Below are positions 43,375 to 52,280 of a stretch of 64,000 bases of DNA, in pieces. Within the stretch, counting starts at the first letter, position 1; every line of letters begins with the position of its first letter. Position numbers and translations under genes: made by a program. The notes below the pieces were generated by a model. It was not told the DNA's origin. It saw only the letters and a list, made by a program, of their open reading frames with translations, and ran no database searches. Source of the stretch: an archaeon (GTDB lineage: Archaea > SpSt-1190 > DYHY01); the NCBI GenBank assembly GCA_043803745.1, contig JAZDJS010000002.1, positions 12,235 through 76,234 on the forward strand, read 5' to 3'.

Positions 43375-44388
43375 ATGGATTCCCGAGCAGCCATTTACGG
43401 ATATTTCAGCAAACCCTCCAGATTTCAGGCTGCCCTGGGCGCCGTCGCTCCTTCGCTTCTCAGGATTGTTTATGACGTTCGTCCCTCCGGAAACGAGCGC
43501 GTTCCGGAAAGGGGTCCCCTTGTTGTTGCAACCGGACCGCACAGCAGTGCGATTGACGTCGGTTTCGCGATTTTCCTCCCGGAACTCCGAAGGCGGCTCG
43601 GCGAAACCGCGGTCGTTGCCAAGGAAAGCCTCCAGACGCACCCGCTTGTTGGAAGGCTCCAGCACATTCCGGCTTATCGGGGAAAGGCTGAGGAAGGAAG
43701 CGAAACTCCCATCGTCCTTAGGGCTGACGGGAACTGCAAGGTATTCGCCATTGGGCCCCTTTCAGAAGCCGAATCTGACGGGGCTTACAGGCTTTCCGAA
43801 CAGGAATGCTCAGTTTTGGGAATTGACTGGACTGGCGGGGAAAGCTCCCCGCTTCTCGATGCAGCCAACAAAGTTCCTCTCCTTCGGAAAAACACCTTCG
43901 CCCCGGCCAAGAACTGGCTTGATGCTGGAAAGGTCCTGCTCATTTCAGTTGAGGGAACAAGATATCCGCAGGCAGACGTTCCGGAAGAATTCGACCCGGT
44001 CGGATATTCCCGCCTTGAGGTTTCCAAGCTTTTCGGCGGAACTGTCGCGATTGCAAGGGCATCCTCGGCGAAAATCCTCCCGGTTTACACGGGTTTCTCG
44101 GGCGACCGCGACCCTTTCGGGAGGAAACCCCTTGCAGTAAGGGCCGGCTATCCGATCGAGCCCCCCCAGGACAGGCGCGGGAGAGCGCGCGCCACAGAAG
44201 AAATAAGATACCAGCTCCTTGCCCTGCAATCCGATTTGTTCGGGGAACTGTTTCCCGACTATTCCTCTTTCAGGGGTTTCTTCGACCGGGCTTTCGAGCT
44301 CAACGGCGGGCCCCCCTCAGCAGGCTCAATGACCTGGCAGCCCTTTTCCGAGCGCCTGGCGGAATACGAAAAACTTTTTATAAGCTGA
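43375..44388 (+). CDS. PlsC-family (lysophospholipid/glycerol-phosphate) acyltransferase-like protein
   Basis: H-x4-D block GPHSSAIDVGF and a downstream SVEGTRYP (EGTR block). The protein is 337 aa. Confidence 0.6.
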   Translation: MDSRAAIYGYFSKPSRFQAALGAVAPSLLRIVYDVRPSGNERVPERGPLVVATGPHSSAIDVGFAIFLPELRRRLGETAVVAKESLQTHPLVGRLQHIPAYRGKAEEGSETPIVLRADGNCKVFAIGPLSEAESDGAYRLSEQECSVLGIDWTGGESSPLLDAANKVPLLRKNTFAPAKNWLDAGKVLLISVEGTRYPQADVPEEFDPVGYSRLEVSKLFGGTVAIARASSAKILPVYTGFSGDRDPFGRKPLAVRAGYPIEPPQDRRGRARATEEIRYQLLALQSDLFGELFPDYSSFRGFFDRAFELNGGPPSAGSMTWQPFSERLAEYEKLFIS

Positions 44389-44406
44389 GCCGCTTCTTCT
44401 CGCACA

Positions 44407-45486
44407 TTGTCAGTTCTTTTGATTGACTTGCTGGTTCTCGCAATCTCCCTTACCGCCCTTGCCCTCTTCAGCGAATGGGTTGTCAGGAGCGGGATACGGA
44501 TTTCCAGGCTCCTGAAGATAAGCGAACTGACAATAGGATTCATCCTGATTTCGGTGCTTACGAGCCTTCCGGAACTTCTCGTTTCAATGACATCCGCCGC
44601 AGGAGGGACCTTCGCCCTCTCAGTCGGAAACGTTTTCGGGGCGAACGTCGTCGACATCGCGCTTGTGCTCGGGCTCTCATTCTACATTTACCCGAAAAAA
44701 TTCAGGAACAAGAGAGCCGTGAAGAAGCTTTCGACAGCGCTCCTGCTTTCGTCCGGGATCACAATCATCTTTCTCCTGTTCGGCTCGGTCGGGCGGCTTG
44801 CCGGAATCTTCCTGGTAGCCTCGTTCTTCTTTTTCTGCTATTATCTTTTCCGGGAAAAGCTGAACATCCACGAAACCGAATCCATCTATTCTCAGGGGAA
44901 AACGACGATCGCATCGAAAATTTCCCGCCTTCACTTCGAGGAAAAGGTGTTTTTTTCAGGAGGGCATCTCGGCTCGAAGGAAAGGGCGACCGCGATTTCC
45001 TTCCTTAACCTCCTAATCGGGATGGTCCTGGTTGTTTTTTCAGCAGGGTTCGTTGTGAAGGCGGCAACCTCAATTGCGGCAGGTTCGGGGATTTCCGAGT
45101 CAATACTCGGGGCGCTTGTAATCGCCCTTGGAACAACCCTTCCAGAGCTCTCAATAGGGCTTGCTGCGTTCCGGAAAGGGCACATCGGGCTTGCCCTCGG
45201 AGATTCCCTCGGAAGCACGGTAACCAACCTGACTCTCGTGCTTGGAAGCGGGCTCCTTATTTCGAGCGCTTCCCTCAACCTGACTTTCTTCTCAACCCTT
45301 GCGCTTTTCTCCCTTCTGACGAACATCGCGTTCTGGCACATAATAACGACGAAGGATGAGCTTGGCAAGTCCGAGGGCAAGTTCCTTCTTGCGATCTATT
45401 CTGCATTCGTCCTTTTCCTCCTTGCAAGCCAGCTATATCTCCTGAAGGAGGAGCTTTTTTCCTTCGTTCTGGGGGCGTTCGGTTAG
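44407..45486 (+). CDS. Ca2+/cation antiporter (CaCA), paralogue 2
   Basis: Alpha-repeats GNVFGANVVDIALVLG and GDSLGSTVTNLTLVLG. It is colinear with the 20686..21762 protein from the first residues (LVLAISLTALALFSEWVVRSGIRISRLLKISELTIGFILISVLTSLPELLVS). The start is a TTG; there is no in-frame ATG nearby. Confidence 0.8.
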   Translation: MSVLLIDLLVLAISLTALALFSEWVVRSGIRISRLLKISELTIGFILISVLTSLPELLVSMTSAAGGTFALSVGNVFGANVVDIALVLGLSFYIYPKKFRNKRAVKKLSTALLLSSGITIIFLLFGSVGRLAGIFLVASFFFFCYYLFREKLNIHETESIYSQGKTTIASKISRLHFEEKVFFSGGHLGSKERATAISFLNLLIGMVLVVFSAGFVVKAATSIAAGSGISESILGALVIALGTTLPELSIGLAAFRKGHIGLALGDSLGSTVTNLTLVLGSGLLISSASLNLTFFSTLALFSLLTNIAFWHIITTKDELGKSEGKFLLAIYSAFVLFLLASQLYLLKEELFSFVLGAFG

Positions 45487-45490
45487 GCGG

Positions 45491-45883
45491 ATGGAAATAC
45501 TCTCATTCAACACGACCGAAGAGGAGCAGGCAGTCGACATAACCCCCGTACTGCGGAAAATAGTCGAGAAATCGAAGGTCGTGGAAGGGACTCTCCTCGT
45601 TTACTGCCCCCACACAACGGCAGCGGTTGTCGTGAACGAGGGAACTGACGAGACGTTCGTTGCGGACCTTTTCCTCGCCCTTGAGAAGTTTGCCTCCGGG
45701 AAATGGAGCCACCAGTCGAATCCAAAGGCGCACCTGAAGGCGGCGATGATCGGAAACTCGAAGCTGCTGCCAATTTCACAAGGCAAGCTTTTCCTCGGGG
45801 CATGGGAATCAGTTTTCCTCCTGGAGTTCGACGGCCCAAGGGAGCGGAAGATTTTCGCAAGGGCGGCCAGGCAAGAGGTTTGA
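45491..45883 (+). CDS. YjbQ/UPF0047 family protein (secondary thiamine-phosphate synthase-like)
   Basis: LLVYCPHTTAAVVVNEGTD...NPKAHLKAAMIGNSKLLPISQGKLFLGAWESVFLLEFDGPRERKI. Confidence 0.8.
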   Translation: MEILSFNTTEEEQAVDITPVLRKIVEKSKVVEGTLLVYCPHTTAAVVVNEGTDETFVADLFLALEKFASGKWSHQSNPKAHLKAAMIGNSKLLPISQGKLFLGAWESVFLLEFDGPRERKIFARAARQEV

Positions 45884-45885
45884 AG

Positions 45886-46518
45886 ATGGGAAAGCTGAAC
45901 CCGGCTAACGCAATAACAATTGCACGGGTTGCCGGCGTCTATCTGGCCGTACTGCTCATTTATTTCGGCAAGTCCTACGTGAGCGGTTTCGCCGCGGTTT
46001 TCCTGATACTTCTCAATTTCCTGCTCGATTCCGCCGACGGTTACGTTTCAAGGAAGCTCAAGGTTGCGACGCGCGCCGGCGCATTCCTCGACATTCTTGC
46101 GGACAGGATTGTAGAGCTTACCCTGTTCGTTGTCTTTTCGGATTTGGGGCTTGTCCCGCTTTGGGTGCCCCTGGTCCTCCTCGCAAGGGGGCTTGTGACC
46201 GATTCAATCAGAGGCGCGGAGTTTTCACGCGGGGGCAAGGTCCCCTACAAGATAGGGTATTCCAAACTGGGCAAGTTCCTTGTTTCCTCAAGATTGATGC
46301 GCGAACTTTCCGGGATATCGAAGGCGGCGGCATTCACCCTTCTCGCCCTTCTTTGCACTGCAGCGAAATATTTTCCGGATTCCGATTTCCTCGCAAGGGG
46401 ACTCCTTTCGCCTCTCACAAACCTTTCAGTTCTTGCTGCGGTTGCAGTGAACATTCTCAGGGGCCTTCCAGTAATCCTCGAATCAGGAAAGCTTTTTCTT
46501 TCTTCCCCCAAGTCCTGA
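45886..46518 (+). CDS. CDP-alcohol phosphatidyltransferase (archaetidyl/phosphatidyl head-group synthase; alcohol specificity not callable)
   Basis: DSADGYVSRKLKVATRAGAFLDILADR fits D-x2-DG-x2-AR-x8-G-x3-D-x3-D. The ATG at 45886 lies 3 nt after the yjbQ stop. The track start at 45703 lies inside yjbQ. Confidence 0.8.
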   Translation: MGKLNPANAITIARVAGVYLAVLLIYFGKSYVSGFAAVFLILLNFLLDSADGYVSRKLKVATRAGAFLDILADRIVELTLFVVFSDLGLVPLWVPLVLLARGLVTDSIRGAEFSRGGKVPYKIGYSKLGKFLVSSRLMRELSGISKAAAFTLLALLCTAAKYFPDSDFLARGLLSPLTNLSVLAAVAVNILRGLPVILESGKLFLSSPKS

Positions 46519-46983
46519 ATATTTCCCGACAAGTATTCTTTCTCTTATTCCGGAGACGTAAGCGCCCCAAAGGTCAACCCCGGGCTTGTCGCCAACCATA
46601 ATGGTTTTCTCAGGGCTTGCTCCGGCGTCCGCCATCAATCTGGCAAAGCCCTCCCTGTTCGGCTTGTTGCCGGTTTCCCCGACGAGAACCGGAAGCCGCC
46701 CGAGCATTTTCCGGAGCGCTTCGCGTCTTTTCCTCCCGCAGTTGGAAAGTATTGCCAGCTTGAATCCAAGCTTCAGGAGGGCCCTGAGAAGCGCCAGGGT
46801 TTCCTTCGGAAGCTTTCCGTGGTTCTTGGAAAGTGTTTCATCAGCATCGAAAATCACCAATTTCTTTCCGCTCCGCGCAAGCTTCCGGTAGTCAATCCCG
46901 AATACCGAATCCGCCCTTCCGGTGCAGATTGAATCTCCCTTTCCGGAAACAAGGAATCTTGCATATTCTATCAGGTCGATCAT
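46483..46983 (-). CDS. HAD-IIIA phosphatase of the YqeG/Gep4 (PGP-phosphatase-like) type
   Basis: LVIFDADETL (DxDxT), ILSNCG, GNKPN and MVGDKPGVDLWGAYVSG. The protein is 166 aa. Confidence 0.6.
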   Translation of the reverse strand: MIDLIEYARFLVSGKGDSICTGRADSVFGIDYRKLARSGKKLVIFDADETLSKNHGKLPKETLALLRALLKLGFKLAILSNCGRKRREALRKMLGRLPVLVGETGNKPNREGFARLMADAGASPEKTIMVGDKPGVDLWGAYVSGIRERILVGKYSGLGGRKKKLS

Positions 46984-46985
46984 TT

Positions 46986-47789
46986 TCAGTCCCCCAGAGC
47001 GCCGATTAGCTCAAGCATCTGCCTTTGAATTTCTTTGTTGTTCGTTGCAAGGAGGTTCGGTTTGTCAATCGTCCAATCCCTTCCGGAAAAATCAGTCACG
47101 CGTCCGCCCGCTTCCCTCACAAGTGAAACCCCCGCAGCGACATCCCAGAGTCCGCCGAATCCGATTGTGAAGAAGCAGTCGTTCCTTCCGGAGGCAACCC
47201 AGGCAAGGTCGAGGGTTCCCGCCCCAAGCCGCCTGAAATCCCTTCCAGCAAGCTTCAGCTTTTCGTAAACCCCCGAAAGCTTTCCGATTTCCTCCTTCCC
47301 CTGCCGGTGGCAGTGGTTGATGAGGGTTTTTGAGAGAAGCCCGTTACCTGAAACGGAAATCAGTTTTCCATTGAGGAAAGCGCCGTTTCCCCTGAGGGAG
47401 GAAAAAAGCTCTCCGGTTGCCGGGTTGAGCATCGCGCCTGCGACCGGCACCCGGTCCTTGAGAATTCCGATTGAGACGGAGAAGAACGGAATCTTGCAGG
47501 AGTAGTTGACAGTTCCGTCAAGCGGGTCCACCGCAAAGCAGAGGCCCTTCTCGGGGATTTCCGCGTCAGCCCGCGTTTCCTCCGAGAGGATCGGGATTCC
47601 CGTCTTCCTGAGGATCGGGAAAATTTCTTTCTCCGAAGCAAGGTCCGCCGTCGTTACGAGCTCGTAAGTTGACGCGCTCCCCTTCTCGCCAAGGATTTTT
47701 GCCTTTCGGTACTTGGAGAGCAGAACCTTGCCCGCCGCTTTCGCGGCTCGTATTGCGGAGGAATGCGCAGCTGCAAGGGAGGTTGCCAT
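46986..47789 (-). CDS. suhB: Inositol monophosphatase family protein (IMPase/FBPase-type)
   Basis: ILSEETRAD, FAVDPLDGTVNY and WDVAAG. I prefer the ATG at 47789 (MATSLAAAHSSAIRAAKAAG) because minus-strand TTTTAAG lies about 23-29 nt upstream. The track start at 47810 is a TTG. Confidence 0.8.
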   Translation of the reverse strand: MATSLAAAHSSAIRAAKAAGKVLLSKYRKAKILGEKGSASTYELVTTADLASEKEIFPILRKTGIPILSEETRADAEIPEKGLCFAVDPLDGTVNYSCKIPFFSVSIGILKDRVPVAGAMLNPATGELFSSLRGNGAFLNGKLISVSGNGLLSKTLINHCHRQGKEEIGKLSGVYEKLKLAGRDFRRLGAGTLDLAWVASGRNDCFFTIGFGGLWDVAAGVSLVREAGGRVTDFSGRDWTIDKPNLLATNNKEIQRQMLELIGALGD

Positions 47790-47819
47790 TAAGGACAAGC
47801 CACCCCCCAACTTAAAAGA

Positions 47820-48689
47820 CTAATTGGGGCTGGCCGCGAATCCATTCTTCCCGTCAGTTGTCAGGACAACCGTCCCGTCAAGGTCAGTTCTCAGGACGTT
47901 GCTTCCGACAGCCTCCAGGCGCTTGATTGTTTCGTTCGCAGGATGACCGTAGGGGTTCCTCAGGCCAACGGAAATTACCGAAAGCTCGGGCCTCGCAATT
48001 GAAACGAATTTCGCGCTCGTTGCATATTTGCTCCCGTGATGGGCGACCTTGAGGACATCGACGTCCGGAACCGCCAGCTCAGTCTCGCAGGAACCCTCGC
48101 AATCCCCCGTCAGGAGCAGGCTGAAGCTTCCGTATTTTATCCAAAGGACAACGGAGTTCTCGTTCTTCTCCAAGCCGCCGGCGCCCTTCCCCGGGTTCAG
48201 GATGGAAATCTCGATTCCGGAGAAGTTGAAAAAATCCCCCCTTTTCGGATATGCAAGGTTCCCGCGGTTGGCTTGGGAAATGTAAGAGCGATAGCTTTCA
48301 GTGTCCTCCGCAATTCCGGAATCCCAGACGTTCGTGAAGTTGCATTCGCGCAGTACGCCCGTAAGCCCCCCGATGTGGTCCGAATCGGGATGGGTCGCGA
48401 CGACAAGCTCAATTGAACGGTCCCCGGTCGAGTTCATTTCCAGGAAAATGGCTTCTTCGCTTCCGGCTTTTCCGCCGTCAACGAGAACCGAGAAGTTCCC
48501 CTTGTTCAGGAGGATTGCATCTCCCTGCCCGACCGAGATGAATCGGACCGTCAGGTTCTCTCCACCCGGGACAGCCCGCAGTTCCTCCGCCGGAGCTGCG
48601 GGAGCGAGCCCCTTAACGGCGCATCCCGCAAGAAGAAGGGCGCCGGCAAGGACAGCCAAAACAAGCAGGGCAAGGGCGCGCCTCACCAT
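47820..48689 (-). CDS. Exported/lipoprotein-like metallo-beta-lactamase-fold protein (ComEC C-terminal-domain-like)
   Basis: VATHPDSDHIGG (H-x-D-x-DH), LKVAHHGS, and the signal MVRRALALLVLAVLAGALLLAGC. The start at 48689 is chosen because the TATA box lies about 28 nt upstream. The track start at 48755 would overlap smc. Confidence 0.7.
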   Translation of the reverse strand: MVRRALALLVLAVLAGALLLAGCAVKGLAPAAPAEELRAVPGGENLTVRFISVGQGDAILLNKGNFSVLVDGGKAGSEEAIFLEMNSTGDRSIELVVATHPDSDHIGGLTGVLRECNFTNVWDSGIAEDTESYRSYISQANRGNLAYPKRGDFFNFSGIEISILNPGKGAGGLEKNENSVVLWIKYGSFSLLLTGDCEGSCETELAVPDVDVLKVAHHGSKYATSAKFVSIARPELSVISVGLRNPYGHPANETIKRLEAVGSNVLRTDLDGTVVLTTDGKNGFAASPN

Positions 48690-48712
48690 CCTCCCGAAAA
48701 GCCCGCCCCAAC

Positions 48713-48721
48713 ATATAAAAA
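48713..48721. promoter_or_regulatory. Single AT-rich box (ATATAAAAA) shared by divergent MBL-fold gene and smc
   Basis: The box centre (about 48717) lies 28 nt from the minus-strand ATG (48689) and 30 nt from the plus-strand ATG (48747). Confidence 0.5.
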
Positions 48722-48746
48722 ACATGGGCTTTTCAATGTTCGCTGG

Positions 48747-51700
48747 ATGGCCCATCTCATTTCCCTTGCGATAAAGAGCTTCAAGTCGTTCGGAAGGCTG
48801 ACGACGATGAACTTCTCCGAAAAGCTCACCGGAATTGTCGGGCCCAACGGCAGCGGAAAAAGCAACATAATGGACGCGATATTCTTCGTAATCGGGAGCA
48901 GCCGCATAACCGCAATGCGCGCAAAGCGCGGCGGAGAGCTCATATTCAATTCCAAGACGATAAAGCCGGAATATGCGGAGGTCCGCCTTGTAATAAGCAA
49001 TTCAGAGCGGGAGTTTGGCGAGGACTGGGGGGCTGCTCTGACGATTTCCAGGCGCGTCAGGGGCGACGGACTTTCAGCATACCGGGTCAACGGACGGAGG
49101 ATGACGCGATTCCAGGTGGTCGACATCCTTGCAAAGGCGAAGGTTTTTCCGGACGGCCACAACATTGTCCAGCAAGGGGAGATCGCCGGGCTTGTCAAGA
49201 AGAACTCGGACGAGCGGCGGCAGATAATAGAGGAACTTGCGGGAATCCGCGAGTATGACGAGAAGAAGCACAAGGCATTCCTTGAGCTCGCGGTCGTCGA
49301 GCAGAAAGTCAACGAAATAAACGGCCTTCTGCGCGAAAGGCAGCGGAACCTTGAGCGCCTGAAGAAGGAACGGGAGCAGGCTGCACGGTTCGGGAAGCTC
49401 CTTGAAGTCAGGAAGCTTTTCGAGGATTCGATTGTGAAGCGGCGCCTCGAGGAGCGCGAGGAAAGCAGGCAGAAGCTTCTTGGCGAGCGCGAGTCCGAGG
49501 AGAAGGGCCTTGCCTCCGTCGACGCCCAGCTTTCAGAATGCTCTGCGAAGGTTGATGGCGAGAAGAAGGAGCTTTCCGCGGTTGACCGGAAGCTTTCCCA
49601 GCTCCAGTCGGGGGAGAACCTGAAGATAGTGAAGGAGTCGGAACGCATTTCAGGCTCGCTTCAGGCGAAAACCGCGCGCGCAGCCCAGATTGACGAGCAG
49701 GTCCTTTCCGGAAAGAAGCGGCGGGAGGCAATCCTCTCAAAGGAAATCCCCGAACTGGAAGCCCAGCTTTCGAAAAGGCGCGCAAGGGTTGAGGAAATCC
49801 AAGGGGAGATTTCCCAGCTCGAGGCGGAGATTTCCGCGGCCGAGAAAAGCCGCCTGGAACTCCTTTCGGTTTTCTCACGGGAAAGCGAGGCGCAGAACCG
49901 GCACGAGGAGGCCCGGAAGGGCTTTGAGGATGTGCTTGCAAAGCTTTCCGCCGAAGAGCGCAAGGGGACTTTCGAACTCGAGCGGCTTGCGTCCCTTGCA
50001 TCCCGCCTCGAGGAGGAGCGGGAATATTCCGAGAAGGGTCTTTCCGAGCTAAGGAGGAGAAACGCCGAAAGGGTTGCTGAAGCGGGGAAGCTCGAAAAGA
50101 AGCAGGCTGACGCAATCGCGCGCGCAAGGAAGCTTTCGCAGGAGCTTTCCGAAATCAAGGTTGCCCTTTCCGAAGCGACCGCCCTGCATTCGGAAAAGGT
50201 TTCGAAGGTTTCCCTAATTTCCGGGAAGCTTGGCGAGGTATCCTCTTCGGAGCGGGACCGCGTTCCGGACCTTGCCGCGAAATTTCCCGGTTTCCTCGGG
50301 AGGCTTTCCTCCTTCATCAAGCGGGGGACGACGCCGCAGAAAATTGGACTGCTTGGAACCTCCCTCCTTCCCAACTCAGTTGTCGTTTCTGACAGGAAGA
50401 CCGCCCTCGAGATTGCCGAATATGTGAAGAGGGAAGGCGGTTTCGGACGCCTGTCAATCCTGATTCTCGGGGAAGGCGCGCCCTCGACCCGGGAGGCTGA
50501 ACAGCTTGAGAAGCTCGTCCCCTTCTCCGACAGGAGAATCTCAGCCGCCCTCTCGTCATTTGTTCTCCCGAAGGGGCGGAAAATCGTCCCGAGCCTCAGG
50601 GAGGCCCTCGAAGATGGCAACGCCCTGACAGAGGACGGGGAAATCGTCTCAGTCAACGGGCGGATTGTCGAGGTAGGGGAAATCGTCCTTCGGGAAACCA
50701 TTGAGGCGGAGCTTTCATCGGAGCGGGAGCTCCTTGAGGCTGCCCAGGCCAGGAGGGACTCCATTGAAAAAAGGGCTCTCGAGCTTTCCTCGGAAATTGC
50801 CTCAATCGAGTCCGAGGGGGCGCGCATTTCCTCGGAAATAGCGAAGAGGTCCCCCGGGAAACTTGACCTTGCGGAGGAGAATCGCCTTTCCGAGAAAATA
50901 GAAGCTTCCGAGACTGAGCGGAACAAGGCCCTTTCCGAAAAGGAGCGGATTCTTTCGGAGCTCGCCCGGACAAGGGAACTGAGGGCTTTGGAGGAGAAGA
51001 AGCTCTCGGAAATAACGCCCCCGGCAAGAAAATCCGATTTCGATTTTTCCAGAATCAAGAAAAGCGAGGAGGCCCACGCCGCGCTCCGGAAAAGGCATTC
51101 GGAGGGTTCCCTTGACGTCTCCGAGAACAACCTCCGGATAAAGAACTATCTCGTGCCCGAGATAGAGAGCCTGGGTCGCCTTGTGAAAAGCCTTGAGAAG
51201 GAGGAGGAAAAGCTTCTTTCCGAAAAGGAGAAACTCGGCAAGGAAACCGCCGAATTGCGCACCCAGGCGGAGGAGTTCGACAAGCTGGTCCAGGAAAAGC
51301 TGAAGGATCTCAAAGACGAGGCTGCGCGCAAGGAGTCGATGGCCAAGGAGCTCGAGAAAGACGAGAGGAAGAAGTACGAGTTTCTTGCCCGGAAAAGCGC
51401 TGTTGAAAGCAAAATATCCCTGTTTTCAATAAGGATTGAGGGGGAGGACAAGGAGATAGCCGAGCTTTCCGTCCAGATTTCCGGAAGGCTCAAGTTCATT
51501 CCGGGAACTGTGAAAAAGCTTTCGGCAAAGCTGTCTGTGATTTCCGATAGGATTGCGCGCCTCGGGGCGATAAACCAGCGCGCCCTTCTCGAGTTTGAGG
51601 AGGCCGAGGTGGAGTTCAAGGATGTTGAGGTGAAAAAGACGAAGCTCGAGGAGGAGCGCCAGTCAATACTCACGTTCATGGAAGCCGTTGAGACGAGAAA

Positions 51701-52205
51701 GAAGGAGGTTTTCATGGAGCACTACAATTCAATTGCCGAGAACTTTGCGAAAATCTACTCGCGCCTTTCCGGGGGAATGGGCGAGCTTTCCCTTGAGAAC
51801 CCGGAATCGGTTTTCGAGGGCGGACTGATAATAGTTGCCAAGCCTCCGGGAAAGGAGGTTTCCAGGATAGACCTGCTCTCCGGAGGGGAGCAGACGATTG
51901 CCGCGCTTGCTTTCATTTTCTCGATTCAGGAGCACTCTCCGGCGCCCTTCTACATTTTCGACGAGGTCGACGCCGCCCTTGACAAGGAAAACTCGGAGAA
52001 GCTTGCTGCCCTGCTCTCGACATATTCCGCCAAATCCCAGATAATAGTGATAACCCACAACGATAACGTGATGAAGGACTGCGACCAGCTCGTCGGGGTT
52101 TACCTCAACAAACAGGAAGGCATTTCCAGGATAATCTCCCAGCCGACCCCCGAGTTCCTGAAGAAGGTGAGCCGCGAGATACAGAGGGGACAGGCGCCCG
52201 AATAA
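48747..52205 (+). CDS. smc: SMC chromosome segregation ATPase
   Basis: FKSFGRLTTMNFSEKLTGIVGPNGSGKSNIMDAIFFVIG (Walker A), about 900 aa of E/K/L coiled coil with a central hinge, LSGGEQTIAALAFIFSIQ (signature) and FYIFDEVDAALD (Walker B). Confidence 0.95.
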   Translation: MAHLISLAIKSFKSFGRLTTMNFSEKLTGIVGPNGSGKSNIMDAIFFVIGSSRITAMRAKRGGELIFNSKTIKPEYAEVRLVISNSEREFGEDWGAALTISRRVRGDGLSAYRVNGRRMTRFQVVDILAKAKVFPDGHNIVQQGEIAGLVKKNSDERRQIIEELAGIREYDEKKHKAFLELAVVEQKVNEINGLLRERQRNLERLKKEREQAARFGKLLEVRKLFEDSIVKRRLEEREESRQKLLGERESEEKGLASVDAQLSECSAKVDGEKKELSAVDRKLSQLQSGENLKIVKESERISGSLQAKTARAAQIDEQVLSGKKRREAILSKEIPELEAQLSKRRARVEEIQGEISQLEAEISAAEKSRLELLSVFSRESEAQNRHEEARKGFEDVLAKLSAEERKGTFELERLASLASRLEEEREYSEKGLSELRRRNAERVAEAGKLEKKQADAIARARKLSQELSEIKVALSEATALHSEKVSKVSLISGKLGEVSSSERDRVPDLAAKFPGFLGRLSSFIKRGTTPQKIGLLGTSLLPNSVVVSDRKTALEIAEYVKREGGFGRLSILILGEGAPSTREAEQLEKLVPFSDRRISAALSSFVLPKGRKIVPSLREALEDGNALTEDGEIVSVNGRIVEVGEIVLRETIEAELSSERELLEAAQARRDSIEKRALELSSEIASIESEGARISSEIAKRSPGKLDLAEENRLSEKIEASETERNKALSEKERILSELARTRELRALEEKKLSEITPPARKSDFDFSRIKKSEEAHAALRKRHSEGSLDVSENNLRIKNYLVPEIESLGRLVKSLEKEEEKLLSEKEKLGKETAELRTQAEEFDKLVQEKLKDLKDEAARKESMAKELEKDERKKYEFLARKSAVESKISLFSIRIEGEDKEIAELSVQISGRLKFIPGTVKKLSAKLSVISDRIARLGAINQRALLEFEEAEVEFKDVEVKKTKLEEERQSILTFMEAVETRKKEVFMEHYNSIAENFAKIYSRLSGGMGELSLENPESVFEGGLIIVAKPPGKEVSRIDLLSGGEQTIAALAFIFSIQEHSPAPFYIFDEVDAALDKENSEKLAALLSTYSAKSQIIVITHNDNVMKDCDQLVGVYLNKQEGISRIISQPTPEFLKKVSREIQRGQAPE

Positions 52206-52280
52206 GTTTTCCCCGCCCCTGCTCCGGCGCGCCGCCAAAGCAAATCAGAAACAAATCGTGCGGATTTTTCCGCTCAAGGG

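Noticed and set aside
48683-51715. Three long minus-strand ORFs (321, 489 and 189 aa) inside smc
   Set aside because: They are S/R/F-rich mirror frames of the E/K/L-rich coiled coil. smc itself is intact, with head, hinge and signature motifs.
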